The notes below the pieces were generated by a model. The model did not search any database. It saw only the letters and a list, made by a program, of their open reading frames with translations, and had not been told where the DNA came from. Positions 11,901-24,300 of a DNA stretch of 64,000 nucleotides are shown here, in pieces; the stretch's first letter is position 1; each line of letters begins with the position of its first letter. The stretch is from the NCBI GenBank assembly GCA_965202585.1, contig OZ241830.1:44888001-44952000 (forward strand). The letters are read 5' to 3'. Source of the DNA: Thalia democratica (Eukaryota). A program made the position numbers and the translations under genes.

Positions 11901-14900
11901 GAAACCTGGAAAAACCTTAAAAAACCTGGAGTTAGACAATTTAGGCTAAAATAACCTGGAAAAACCTGGAATTTGAGAAATTTTGAAAAAACTGGAAAAA
12001 CCTGGAATTTTGATCAAAAAACCTGGTAAAACCTGGAATTTTTAGTAATTTTAACATTTTCAGTTGTAAAATTTAGATTTGACACAAAAAATCTATCATA
12101 TAATTAAGATTTTTTGTTATCACTAAAATTTTTTTTTATTAAAAAACACATTTAAAGTAACTTAACAGTATCTTTTCAATATTTTTATACTATTTAACAC
12201 AGTATTTTAAATAGAAACTAACTTGAAACTAAAAATAGACACAAAAATGTGTACTTTTAAAAACCTGGAAGAAATTTGGAAAACCTGGAAAAATTTTTTT
12301 AAAAACAAGTGGCAACCCTGTATTTATCTCAAACATGAGAGTATATAGATTTTTAGCAAAATAATCAATTTTCAGTTTGTACCTCCCTTTGTGTAGAAGT
12401 CAAACTTTGATTGCTTATATTGCATAAGTTAAATTAAATTTAATCAAAACGTAGAAAGTAATTGGTCGCTTAGTAATTTATCTAAAATAATAAGACTAAA
12501 AATAAGTGTTTATTCCCTTCCCCTATGACAGCTTTATAATTTAGATGAATGTGCTCAAGAAAAATGAATGAAAAAAAAATGATTACTACCACTTTTTTTT
12601 TATGTTAAGTAAATTTTATGTATTAACTTAAATTTGATAACTTAAAACTTTTTTAACTAGTTTTATCCTCATATTTCTTTTTATTTATTCAGTTGTTATT
12701 ATACATATCTCTTGCTTTTAATTACCATAAAAAAGTTCTAATTTTTGTAGGTTTTATGGAACTAAATCATCATACACACATGGGGATGAATATCAAGAAG
12801 GAGAAGCTGCCGAACGATATGTTGGACAAGCTGTTAGTTTTTGAATTATCATTATTCAAAAAGCTAGTTTATACATAGTCCTTGGAATTGTAAAGTAGCT
12901 GTAAAATATATTTACATAATCTTAAGTAATTAAACACCTTGTTTTAACAGTTTTATATTTCGAAATAAATATGTGTATTCAAACATATTATACTTAGACA
13001 AAGATAAATTACAAGACAAATTTATGTTGTTTTATATGTTAACTGAAAAGAGTAGTTAACTAATATCAAAGAATATGTAAGTCTTTAGACTTAATTTTAA
13101 CTTAATTAACTTATTTTTTTTACTTTTTTTTAATCAGTTTTTTAGTTATTTAGTAAAAATGTTTATTATAATTTATAAATAATGCAGACATTAAGGGCAT
13201 GGGGGGGGGGGGGTAAACACCCTTTTTTGGTTTTTGATCTTATTTTATATAGTTTTTACTAAGCTACAAAATGCTTTTTACAGATTAAAAATATTCAAAA
13301 TAATTTTTGAGATATAGCCGGTCAAAGTCAGAGGCAACAATATTTAGAAAATTCTGTCGGAACAGATTTTGAAAAAATTAAAAAATAAAAATTTTATTTA
13401 AAAAATAAACAAAAAAAACAGTTTTTTTTTGTTATAAAATTTTTATATTTTAATTTTTTTTAAATCTGTTCCGACAGAATTTTCTAAATATTGCAAGGAA
13501 CATTTCCTGAAAATTTGAGGTAGTTATCTCTAAAAACGTAGGAGAAGATAGATTTTTAGTGATTTCTAGTTATTTGCTGTTTTAGTTTGCGCCTCCCATA
13601 AGGATCCTATTGTTGCCTCCGACTTTGACCGGCTATATCTCAAAAATTATTTTGAATTTTTAAAATCTGTAAAAAGCATCTTGTAGCTTAGTAAAAACTA
13701 TAAAAAATAAGATCAAAAACCAAAAAAGGGTGTTTACCCCCCCCCCTCTATGCCCTTAATATAAAGGAAGTTTCAGTTAAATATTGAAATTAAAATGACC
13801 CTTTCTATTACAGGCTATCAAAAAGCAAATAGAATTGGAAAACTACAACAATGCGAAAACCATCATTAAGCAAGTTGATGCATGTGATTGTAATGGACAA
13901 GTTGCAGTACAAGTGTGTGGAGAGATTTCAAACAACAATGAAGCCTTGCGAAGATTTATGCAAACCTTTGTATTAGCACCACAAGGGGACAGCAGCAGCA
14001 AATACTATGTCCTTTCAGACATATTCAGGTATGTTGACAACATCTGGCCTGTTGAAGATGCTAATAGTGAAGTTCCAGAAGAACCTGTTGAGCAAGAAGC
14101 TTCTGAAGCTGAACCATCAGTTGAAACACCGGAAGCAGAAGCTCCTGCTGCGCCTGAAGAAGCTGAATCTGATGTAAGTCAAGCTAACAGCTCTCCTGTT
14201 GAAGAAGCTGAAGAAGCTGCACAGCCAGAAGAGCAAGCTGAAGTTGAGCAGGTTGCTGTGGAAGAGGAAGCTGTTGAAGAACCAGTTGAAGCTATTACTG
14301 AAGAAAAGCCAGTTGAAGAAGAACCAGAGGTAGCAACTCCACCAGCTGCTGAAGAGCAAAAGATCGAAGAGGCTGCGGTTGAGGAACCCAAACCTGTTGC
14401 TGAAGCTCCTGCAGTTGAGGAGCCACTAAAACCGGTACCAAAACCTGCAGTTCCCAGTTTCACAGAAATTCAAGAATCCCAACAAGTAGCCTGCCCTCCT
14501 GCAAAACCTGTGAAAAAATCCTGGGCAAACTTGGTCGCTAACAAGCCTAATAAGCCTGTCTTTCCCACACCGCCTGTAGCAAAAGTTGTACCAAAACCAG
14601 TACAAGCTCCCAAGAAGCCAACAGTAAGTGAATTCGTAAATTTATACATAAAAATTTTGACCAAGCCAAAAACTCTTAGCAAACATCTAATCTGACAATT
14701 GTTTAAGTTTAGCACTATTTACAAATTATATTATACGTATAATTATAAGCACTATTATATTGTATTAAAAACAATTTTTTTCTTGTTTCTTTGTTTAGTG
14801 GAAACCATATCAGCCCTGTTTTCAGCCGGAACCTGCTGAGCCAAAACCAACCACAGAGAACAACACTCAGCAGCGCCAAAACCGCCCTCGTCAGGACTAT

Positions 14901-15819
14901 AGAAACCACAATGATGATCGCCAGAACTACAGGAATGATGGCAGAACCAGGAACAACACTATTATTTACGCAGACAACCAACAAGTTTTCATTGGAAATC
15001 TCAGAAACAACCTCTCTAAGGATGAAATTAAGGAACACTTCGAAAAGTACGGACCTGTGATTGAAGTAAGAATCAACTTCAGTCCTGATGGTAGACAGCC
15101 AAATTTCGGTTTTGTGATTTTCGAAGATCCTGAAACTGCAAGAACTGTTCTTGACAACAAGGTAAGCTGTGGTTGAATTTGATGTTGTATGGCCTTACTT
15201 ATGTTTATTTTACTTAATTAACTTATGTTTTATTATCGAAAATATTTAGTAATGTTTAAAGTGAATATTTTCTTAAATAATTAATTGAAATATTTTTTGC
15301 CAACACAAATACTTAACTGATTAGCTATTTTTCTAATAATATAAATGTTCAATTAAATGAACAGTCCCAATAAAGATCCTTAAACTTATAATTATTTTTT
15401 ATTCATACAATAAGTAGTCAAAGGCAACTAGTTAGTAATAAATTGAATATGAATTAATTATGAGGACTCTTCCTTTCTAAATAGTTAAATATTCCAAAAA
15501 TAGTTAGCTTCATTTTTCTCAACTGCTATTTTGTCTAACTAACTCAGCATTTAATTTTTGTACAATGATTTGACAGCCTGAAGCTCGCAAGGTGGGCAAC
15601 TTTGATATCAACATCGAGGAAAAGAAGCAGAGAGTGCAGAGGAGGAACGACCGTGGAGGTGGTGACTTCCGTAGGAAATACAACAACGACAGGCGAGACA
15701 TGCGCCCAAACGATCGCAACAACGGTGACGCCAACAACAGGGGCGGTTACATGAGGAGAGACAGACGCCAGGACAGAGGCGGCTTCAGACAGTCTGAAAA
15801 CGACAGGCCTCGCCGTTAG
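8934..15819 (+). CDS. G3BP: Ras GTPase-activating protein-binding protein (G3BP1/2 co-ortholog; stress-granule nucleator)
   Basis: Exons 8934-9043, 12751-12832, 13814-14623, 14826(or 14799)-15161, 15577-15819, all GT-AG and phase-compatible. NTF2-like domain (IGQAFVKQFY..LHRFYGTKSSYTH..RRFMQTFVLAPQG..YYVLSDIFRY), E/A/P-rich acidic region, PxxP region with KSWANLV, RRM (QVFIGNL, RNP1 NFGFVIF), R/G-rich tail, TAG stop. Confidence 0.96.
10039..10350 (+). mobile_element. MITE family M1
   Basis: CAGGGTTGCCA...AGCAATTCTG; TATATA on both flanks. Confidence 0.8.
10523..10887 (+). mobile_element. MITE family M1
   Basis: CAGGGTTGCC...TGGCAACCCTG; flanks TATAAG / TAAAAG. Confidence 0.82.
11881..12320 (+). 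mobile_element. MITE family M1 nested in a TTAA-foldback (M3) fragment
   Basis: Perfect TIRs; flanks TATTTT / TATTTA. Sequence either side (11790-11880, 12321-12390) joins to match the M3 interior at 13490-13600. Confidence 0.85.
13195..13755. mobile_element. TTAA-flanked foldback MITE (family M3), opposite orientation, in G3BP intron 2
   Basis: TTAA|GGGCATGGGG...CCCCTCTATGCCC|TTAA; extra internal palindrome aattctgtcggaacagattt / aaatctgttccgacagaatt. Confidence 0.85.
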
Positions 15820-17817
15820 GATCAGTTCCCTGCAACACCTTTACAATGTAGAAAATTCCTTCGGAAACACTTGTGATGGTGTAATGAACACTTAAATTAT
15901 TGTTACTAGTTTTGAATAATGTTGGAATTGACTTACTTCTTTTTCAACCTATATTTACTAGGACTTATTTTTTATATGAATTGTTTGCCAGAGTTAATTT
16001 AAAAAACTTTTACTTCTATTTTTATCAGAAACACAAACATTTATAGTTTAGTATTTTTGATGAAAGAAAGTTTTATAATACGTAAATAGATAATGTTGAT
16101 TTCATTACAGTAAAGCAAGACTTAGGATAAATTCGCTGATTTTTGTATTTTAAGAAATGCTAAAGTAAAAAATTGTCGATTTTCCACCCACCAAATTTTA
16201 TAACTTGTGTTAGTTTATATTTATTTAATTAAAAAAAAAATTATACCTAAAGTCTGTTTGGTATAAGTTTAAGCTTGATGTTTACGATAATTTTTAAGTT
16301 AGTAGCGTTAAGTTTTGAGCAAATTAAATCTTGATTTCTCTAAATAAGTTGGGTATAAAAATTTATCTTAAATATTTTAAACCATCTTAGTTAGTTATCT
16401 TTTACACCATATTAAGCTCCATTATTTGATTGAGTACCCGCTGCATGATTTAAGGATGGGGCTTAGTAAGGTGTAAACAGCTTATAAAACTCTAGATATA
16501 TTCTAATAATATTTCGTTCATTGTAAAGTTAGTATTTATTTTACTTTAAGCAAGTTATATTAGCTATTTAATTGCTCATCAATCTACTTAAATTTAATAG
16601 TAAACTAAGATACTGTTTTGAAACCAATATTTACTAGCTTTTCTACACATAAATATAAAAACTTTTATATCTAAATCATTTTAGTAAACATATTGAACAT
16701 TCTCCGTCCCATAGATTGGGATTTCTAAATAAGTTACTTGGTTTGAAGTTTTGCTACATGGTAAATAAATAGAAATAACAAAACACTTGTCTTTTTTTAT
16801 AATAATATATTAGTACATCTAAAATATTTTAAATTTGAATTTTTATATATAATATTTAGTTTTTGATTGGCTTCTTACGAGTATTATAGTTGAAATTAAT
16901 TTAAACTCAAATTATTACAGTATCATATAAAAAATAGCATCATTTATTTTAATGCTAGCTCAAAGAATAGTATTTGTATTAATGTATTTTTAGACTAAAG
17001 TTCAAGTCGACTCAAATGTTGAAATTAACTTGCTCTTTAATAAGCAAACCTGCAAACATAATTACTCATGTTATAATAAGTAATTCACATTCGTCATAGT
17101 TGTATTCATTCCTAACTATTGTAATCGAATATAAACAACCGATATCGTTTGAATAATGACAGTATTGTTTTCGTTTACGCAGTAAATAATAAAAATCAAA
17201 CTTAATGACCACTCACTTATACCATGAATGTTCACAGTAATTATAAAGAATATTTCCGAACCAAACTTTTCTACTTCAGCTTATAAACTTTAACAGTATA
17301 CAAAATTTTTAAAGTTATTCTATATAGTTTTAAAATTATTGAAAACATTAAGGTCTTAATGTAATCACAATATTTAAATGGTGTAAAATAAACGAAGCTT
17401 ATAATTTTCACTAACGAAAAATAGCTTGTTTGAAGCAAAAAACCAATGAAACTTCGTAAGCACGTGCAAATACAAAGCTAATGGAATGTCAGCTATTTTT
17501 TACTGAGCAAAGAAAGGAGAAATTAATCGGCCGTTGGAAATGTTTAAATTATCAATATGTTGCCCTTAATTATCGGTTTACTAATATAAAGTCACGCTTA
17601 TTAGGCAATATTTAACTTAAAAAAACATTTATGCTTAAGTTTGGTATTTACAAGGTACAACATTTTATTTATGTAAGTGATTTTGCGAATTAAACAAAGG
17701 TCTAATTTGTTCGAGTCTGACTTCTTTAAAAATCCCAATTCTAAAAATTTACCCATAAATTATACTTCAGCAACAAAACACTAAAATAGTTAAATTTCTT
17801 ATAACTAGTTATTTGTA

Positions 17818-18155
17818 GGGGAGGCTTCGAAGTGCTAGCCGAACTACTAGTGGCAAAAGCTTTTTTTTTTCGGTAAAGCTGTTGGGTAAGTGGTCTATTG
17901 AACAAAAACAAAAAATTGAAATGTTTTTTGTTTCAAGGACCTGGATACGCAAAAAGACCTCTCGGTCATCGAGTTGCACACCCAACTTAATCAAAATTAT
18001 GAGCTACAAATGAAAAAAAAAACTTTACAGTTAGTTGGATTATGGTAAAAAAAAGGTATAAATAAAAACAAACTCATTCAAGCGTTTCAGTAAAAAACTG
18101 ACTACATGTATATGAAGCAGTGCTAAAAATTCGGCTAACACTTTGAAGCTTCCCC
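17818..18155. mobile_element. MITE with 26-bp TIRs about 200 bp upstream of the Kelch gene ATG
   Basis: GGGGAGGCTTCGAAGTGCTAGCCGAA vs reverse-complement GGGGAAGCTTCAAAGTGTTAGCCGAA (23/26). Contains a copy of the structured short repeat. Confidence 0.7.
17925..17983 (-). repeat. S1 copy D
   Basis: GGGTGTGC..CTCGATGACC GAGA GGTC..GCGTATCCAGGTCC. Confidence 0.75.
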
Positions 18156-18351
18156 ATTGTAGACTAATAGCGACATCTAACACTTAAGTTCTATCGAAGA
18201 AGTATTGTCATGTGCAGCTGTTATGCAATTAGCATGCTAGCAAGTAATATAAGTAGTGTATGGATGTACTTGATACTAAATGTTTAAATTCAGTTGAATA
18301 CAGCAAAACAATTGTTGAATAAAGATTTTCGTTGATTTAATTACGTAAGCA

Positions 18352-21300
18352 ATGTCAAAGGACGAGTTGGCAGTAAATCGTGTAATTAGTCAAAATAAAG
18401 AACTTGTCAAAGGATTAAGCTTTTTGAGAAATAATGAAGTTTTTACTGACGTGACTTTAGTTGTAGAAGGAAAAGAAATAAAACCTTGTCATCGGTATAC
18501 TTTTTTAAAGATCAGATCTAAATAGTTTAATGAATATTCTCAAGTAAAGATAAAAATCAAGCTTAAATTTTATTAAATTATTTTGACCATAATGGGTATA
18601 AGTTAGTATATTTTCATGCTGTAAGTGTTACTTTTCAGAATAAAACTTATCATAAATAATCTTATTAAACCTATTATGACCTAAAGACAACTCTTTTTTT
18701 TTTTACTGTTTACCTAAATAAAAGCTTAGAATGTTTATAAGCAAAACTTAATAACTGCTTACTATTCTTGAAAAGTATTGTTTATTAAACAACCATAGAA
18801 AAGTGCTCAAAAAGTTGGTTTGTGGATATGGTGTATGAAATAACCCTTCTGTTATCGAGTTTATTAATAGATGAGCTGAAATAGCTGCAAATAAACTTCT
18901 AAATTAACATTTTTGTTTCCAATTTAATAGGGTTGTCTTGGCGGCGTCATGTGAATACTTTCGCGCCATGTTTAGCCATCAAATGGCAGAAGAAAACAAA
19001 AAGGTGGTAGAGTTGAAGGGATTTACATACAAGGCTATTTCTACCCTTGTTGATTATATATACACTGGGATACCGGGTATTGAAGTAGAATTTGTTCAGG
19101 AAGTTCTTGTTGCAAGCTCTATCTTGCAAGTTAGTAAACATTATTGACTAATTTTTTAATTATTAGTTTATATTGCTGTATTTAATCCTAATACTGAATT
19201 TCACAAGAAATATATGTAGTTTTAATACTATTAGGAGTTTAAAGTTCTAAAAGTTTTGATTTTCTAAAACCTAAGTTCTTTGTAATGTGACAATTCATAG
19301 ATTAAATAAAACATTTCTGTATGATAAAAATATATTTATACATTTTAAATAATATAACAATATTTTGCTTTATGAAAAAGAAAAACAATGACAAAAATAT
19401 ACTTTATTTTTAAAATACAAACTTGTTGTTTTCATATAAAACTAAATTTTTAAGGTTAAAGGCTTGTATGAAGAAGCTAAAAACTTTATGATTGGTTGTT
19501 TATCACGTGATAATTGTTTGGAAGCGTACCAGTTTGCCTGCACAATTTCGTGCGAAGACTTGAAAAAGTCGTCTTTTTCTTTGATTTGTAAATACACTAA
19601 AATGGTATTGCTCAGTGAAGAGTTTTTGATGGTTTCTAAAGAAACTGTCGTTGATGTTATTTCCTCTGATGATCTCATGGTATGCAATAAATAAAAATAC
19701 TGACAGATTTTTTAAATTAAAATTTGTATATCAACATTTAATTAAAACTAAATTTTAGGCTAAAATGTTGTTACTTGTACAAAAGGTATATCAAACATAC
19801 AGAAAAAATCTAACATTAATATGATATTTTGTATCTAAACTCATGTAACTACAATATTTTAGATAGACAATGAAGAAATTATATACGAAAGTGTGTTAAA
19901 TTGGATAGCTCACGACATAATTGAACGCACAAATTACACATCAGAACTTTTTTCTCATATTAGAATGGCAATTCTGAATGGAATTTTTTTACAGAGATGT
20001 TTAATTGACGTGAGTTATAGTTATAAATAATTTAATTGACTTTTGATTTATATATATTTTTTTCTGAACTTTTAATCCATATACAAGTTTATATTTAAAG
20101 TATGTCACTTACTTATCAAGATAAATAAAAAAAGTTAAAACTAATGTGTAAAATAAGTTATGAAAGCTTTTTAATATTTTTACTTAGTTAAATTTAAGTC
20201 TTTGAACAGTTTACATATTTAACTATATAATAATATAATTTTGTATTCTAAGTTATTAGTTCAAAGTTTTATTTAAATTCAGTGTTTTAAAAGTAACTAT
20301 AAATTAATATATAATAAATCATATACTTCTTAAAGTTGTGTTGTGTGACATAGTAAAAAAAGCCAATTATATTTTATGACTTTTATGCATTTAGAAAATT
20401 TAAAAAAATACTATCTAGGCAACTGCTTCAATACACTTTTACAATGATAATTAAACTCAATTTAAAACACGTTTTCTAAAAATCTAGTTTTTAAATGATA
20501 TTCTAAGAAATGTTTATATGGTAAAAGATTAAAAGTAATAAAACGTGCGCCTCACATAAGAGAAACTTTTTATTGAAGTTAGTTTACGCGGGTGTAATTT
20601 CAAAGCTTAAACTTATGTTTGCACAAAGGAGCCTTCGTTGAGAGAATTTTCTGGAATAAAACAACAAGCGAGCGCGGCAAAACGTTATAATACTTTGCGC
20701 GAAAAATACAACTGCTCTTTAGCGGTACCTGACGGTGAAAATATTTTTAGTACAGAAGAAGACAAAGAAAACATCGACTTTTGTTAGCTTTATTTTAGGG
20801 TTATTTTACTATTAAATCTATTTTGTACAATTCTAAAATTTAGTAAACTTTTAGTAAGTTGATAATTATAAAACTGTAATTTAAAGTTAAAAAAATTTAC
20901 TGATTTACAACACTAAATACTTTTTTTTAATGTTCTCAAACGTTTATTTGCTAGTTTTATGTTTAAGTTTGTTATGTTTTGTTTATGTTTTCACGTGATA
21001 TTTTTTTACTGATACAAAATTTTATTTAATTTTTTTTTTTTCAATAGACAATTTTCCTCATTATTTCGTTGAAATTGGTCAAGAAAATAATAAAATTAGG
21101 ATTCCATTGAATAACCAGTTAAGAGCCGGAATGAGATCACGTGATCTTTTACTTTTTACGACTGGAAAACTGACAAAGTAAAATGTATACTAATACGAAA
21201 GTTATTAGAAAATATTCTTACTATATTAAGTATAATGTATTCTATGTTTTAAGGTGTATTTAAAAAAATGTATTTTCCACATAAGTATACCGGTTTTTCT

Positions 21301-24300
21301 AAACAATAATTTAAAAATATCTCAGGTCAAGGGTTCTTTACAAATTATCTTAATTTGTATACGAATTTTTACTTTATTAAAATGGTTTTTAATTTCAAAG
21401 TGTTGTAAGTTTACTTAAACATAAATTTAAAACCATACGGCATAATTATAATTTATCAATAGAGTTTTATACTTTATTTTCAAGTTATGCGTTAGCAAAA
21501 GTTTATAAAAAATTACAACAGACTATACGACCCAAACACAGGGCTTTCATATGGCTCAGAATCAACAAAAGAAGATGATGGAGATGACAGTGAAGACTTA
21601 CCTGATGAAAACGGAATGCAGACATTGAAAAATTGTGATTGTTTTTCTACTTTCAATGGCTCTGTTTATTTGTTAGGAGGTAATAAACTTTACTTAAGTA
21701 ATAAAATTTAAATTTAGTTCACGAAAAGTTTAATAAAATAAAAATATAAAACTGCCAATGCTTAACAATAAGTAGTACTAAATAAAAGATAAAATTTTGC
21801 AGGGCTTGAGATAGTTTCACAAGAATCATCAGTCGAACCTAAAATATTGTGCAAGTTTTGGAAATTAAATGCTCAAGAATTGAAATGGACACAGAAAAAA
21901 TCTCTATCAAGTCCACGTTGTATGGCTGCTATCGGAGAAGCCAATGGAAGTGTTTACGTAATGGGTATGTTTTATTTCACTTTTAAAAATTACTAAATTA
22001 CAGTTTGAAAAGTAATGTAAACTATACAGTTATGACTCAAACAAATTGCATACTAGCAAAAAAACTTAAACTGCTTTATAAATACGATTTGGTAAAAATT
22101 ATTTTACATTAGGTGATTCATATAAAATAAAAATCTTTTTACCAAACGCAAACTCGCGATAACAATATTCCTAAGTTGAGTACTGATTAAGTAAATTAAA
22201 AGAAAAGTTTTATTTTTGATCATTTTAGCTTGAATTTTTCAGGAGGGAAATCAGTTGAAGACAACAGCTGTGTTTCAAGGGTTGATATATATTGTCCTGA
22301 CACAGATAGTTGGTCAGTTGGTCATGACATGATTAGAGCCGTATATGGGCACTCTTGCGCTTCCCTGCGAACAAACAAAATTTTTGTTATAGGAGGAAAG
22401 TCTCAGAACAAAGTTGGTTTTTATTTGTAGTATAATGTAAAAAGACTAAATCTAAAGTAAAAATTAAAGAAAATACAGAAAGTTAGTCTACTTTTTTAAA
22501 AATTAAGTTTTGTGACTGGTCCAGCTAAAAATTATTAACAGTGACAATGAACTTATATATAATTTAAGTTAGTATAAAATATAAAATGAAAATTTCGATA
22601 ACTTATTAATGAAAATAAGTGAGAGAACCTAAAAATAATTTTGAAAGGGAAAGATATCATAGACATATAATTGTCGTATTTATTTTATGAAATTTATCAA
22701 ATGTATGTTTTGGAAAATTGAAATGTATAGTTTTAAACAGTTAAACACAGAACAAGTAATTTATAGTTGTGTTTTCAAAGTTAACATAAAAAAAGGCTTA
22801 ACGTGAACACACACACTTTTAAATCTAAACATGTTGGTTTTATTATTATTTTTTGAATAGCTAACATAATGAACCATCAAAAAACAGCTTTTTTATTTTA
22901 GAAATTTAAAAATAGTTTATATACTAACACAAAGTGAGTTCAGTTTTATAATGTTTAGTTAAAAAATTACTTGTGAACTATATTACAAGTCATTTACAAT
23001 TTAAAAAAAAACTAAAAATTAAACTTAAGTTTATCAGTTTTGTTATTATACTATGAACAATTCAAAAAAAAGTAGTAAAAAAAAGTTTTTAAATTTAAAA
23101 ATGTAACAAGAATAAGACTAATTTTTTACTTGATTTGTTTTTAATGACAAAAGCTTTATATAGACAAACTTAGACTATTTTCTGCTAGTTTTTTTTATAC
23201 AACAAAACATTATTATAAATTTTTTTTGGTTACTACAATGAAATATTATTGTAATGAAATTAAATTTTGATTTTAAGAAAAAAAAAAGCAAAAAAAAGGT
23301 AATAATTTTCAGCCTCTTAAAAATAATATTTACAATACTGTACTCAATACACTACTTAACATTTTTTAAAAACAAAACATGCTTTTTGACTAAAGAACCA
23401 TTTGAATTGTACAACAAAAATGTTTAAAAAGTATGTACAAGTTTAAGATTTAAAACAAAATAGTCTACATACTTTTGTATAAAATATGTAAACTTTAAAA
23501 TACATTTAGTTTTAGAAGTGTAAAAAAGTGAAGTTATGTAGTTTATCTGATTCAAAAATTTTAGCTATATGTTATTGCAGTTTACATACAATATACGGGA
23601 ACGGTCTAAATTGCACGAAGACAAAATTGCACGAGTTTACTAGATTGCACGAGGGGTCTAAATTGCACGAATACAAAATTTCACGAGGGCACATTCTTGC
23701 ACGAATTACTTTCGCACGAGGGGAAAAAATTGCACGAGAGGAAAAATTTTTACGAGGGGATAAAATTGAACGAATATAAGTTTCCACCAAGGATCAATTT
23801 TGCACGAGAGTAAAAAAACAAAAAAAGAATATATAAAAAAAAGGAAAAAAAAACCAAAAGATAGATTATTAAAAAAAAAAATGAAAAAAAAGAGAGTTAC
23901 CGACCGAGGGTAAGGGTTAGGGGTAACAGTGATAGTAAAAAAAAACTTAATTAAAAAAAATAATGAAAATAATAATAAAAAAGTTAATAAAAAATTAAAA
24001 ACAAAAATTTAAACCGTGCAAAAATGTCTCCGTGCAAAATCGCCTGCTCGTGCAAAAGTGTCTTCGCGCAAAAATGACCGTTCGTGCAAAAGTGTTTTCA
24101 AGCAATTTTATCTTTGTGCAATTTTATCCCCTCGTGCAAAAGTGTCTTCGTGCAAAAGTATCTTCGTGTAATTTTGTGCGTTCGTGCAATTTTGTCCCCT
24201 CGTGCAAATTTGAGAGCTACCCACAAGATACATACAATTAAACTGAAAGTTAAATACTTGGTAGATTTTTTTAATGTACGGTCATTGTTTATAATTAGAT

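Noticed and set aside
14117-15160. Antisense and alternate-frame ORFs over G3BP exons
   Set aside because: Shadows of the low-complexity G3BP coding sequence.
16413-16465. SECIS element
   Set aside because: No helix II or apical AA between the candidate GA pairs, and no in-frame UGA in G3BP.
23907-23924. Telomere-like GGGTAAGGGTTAGGGG
   Set aside because: One or two units only, and part of the MITE interior also seen at about 43650.
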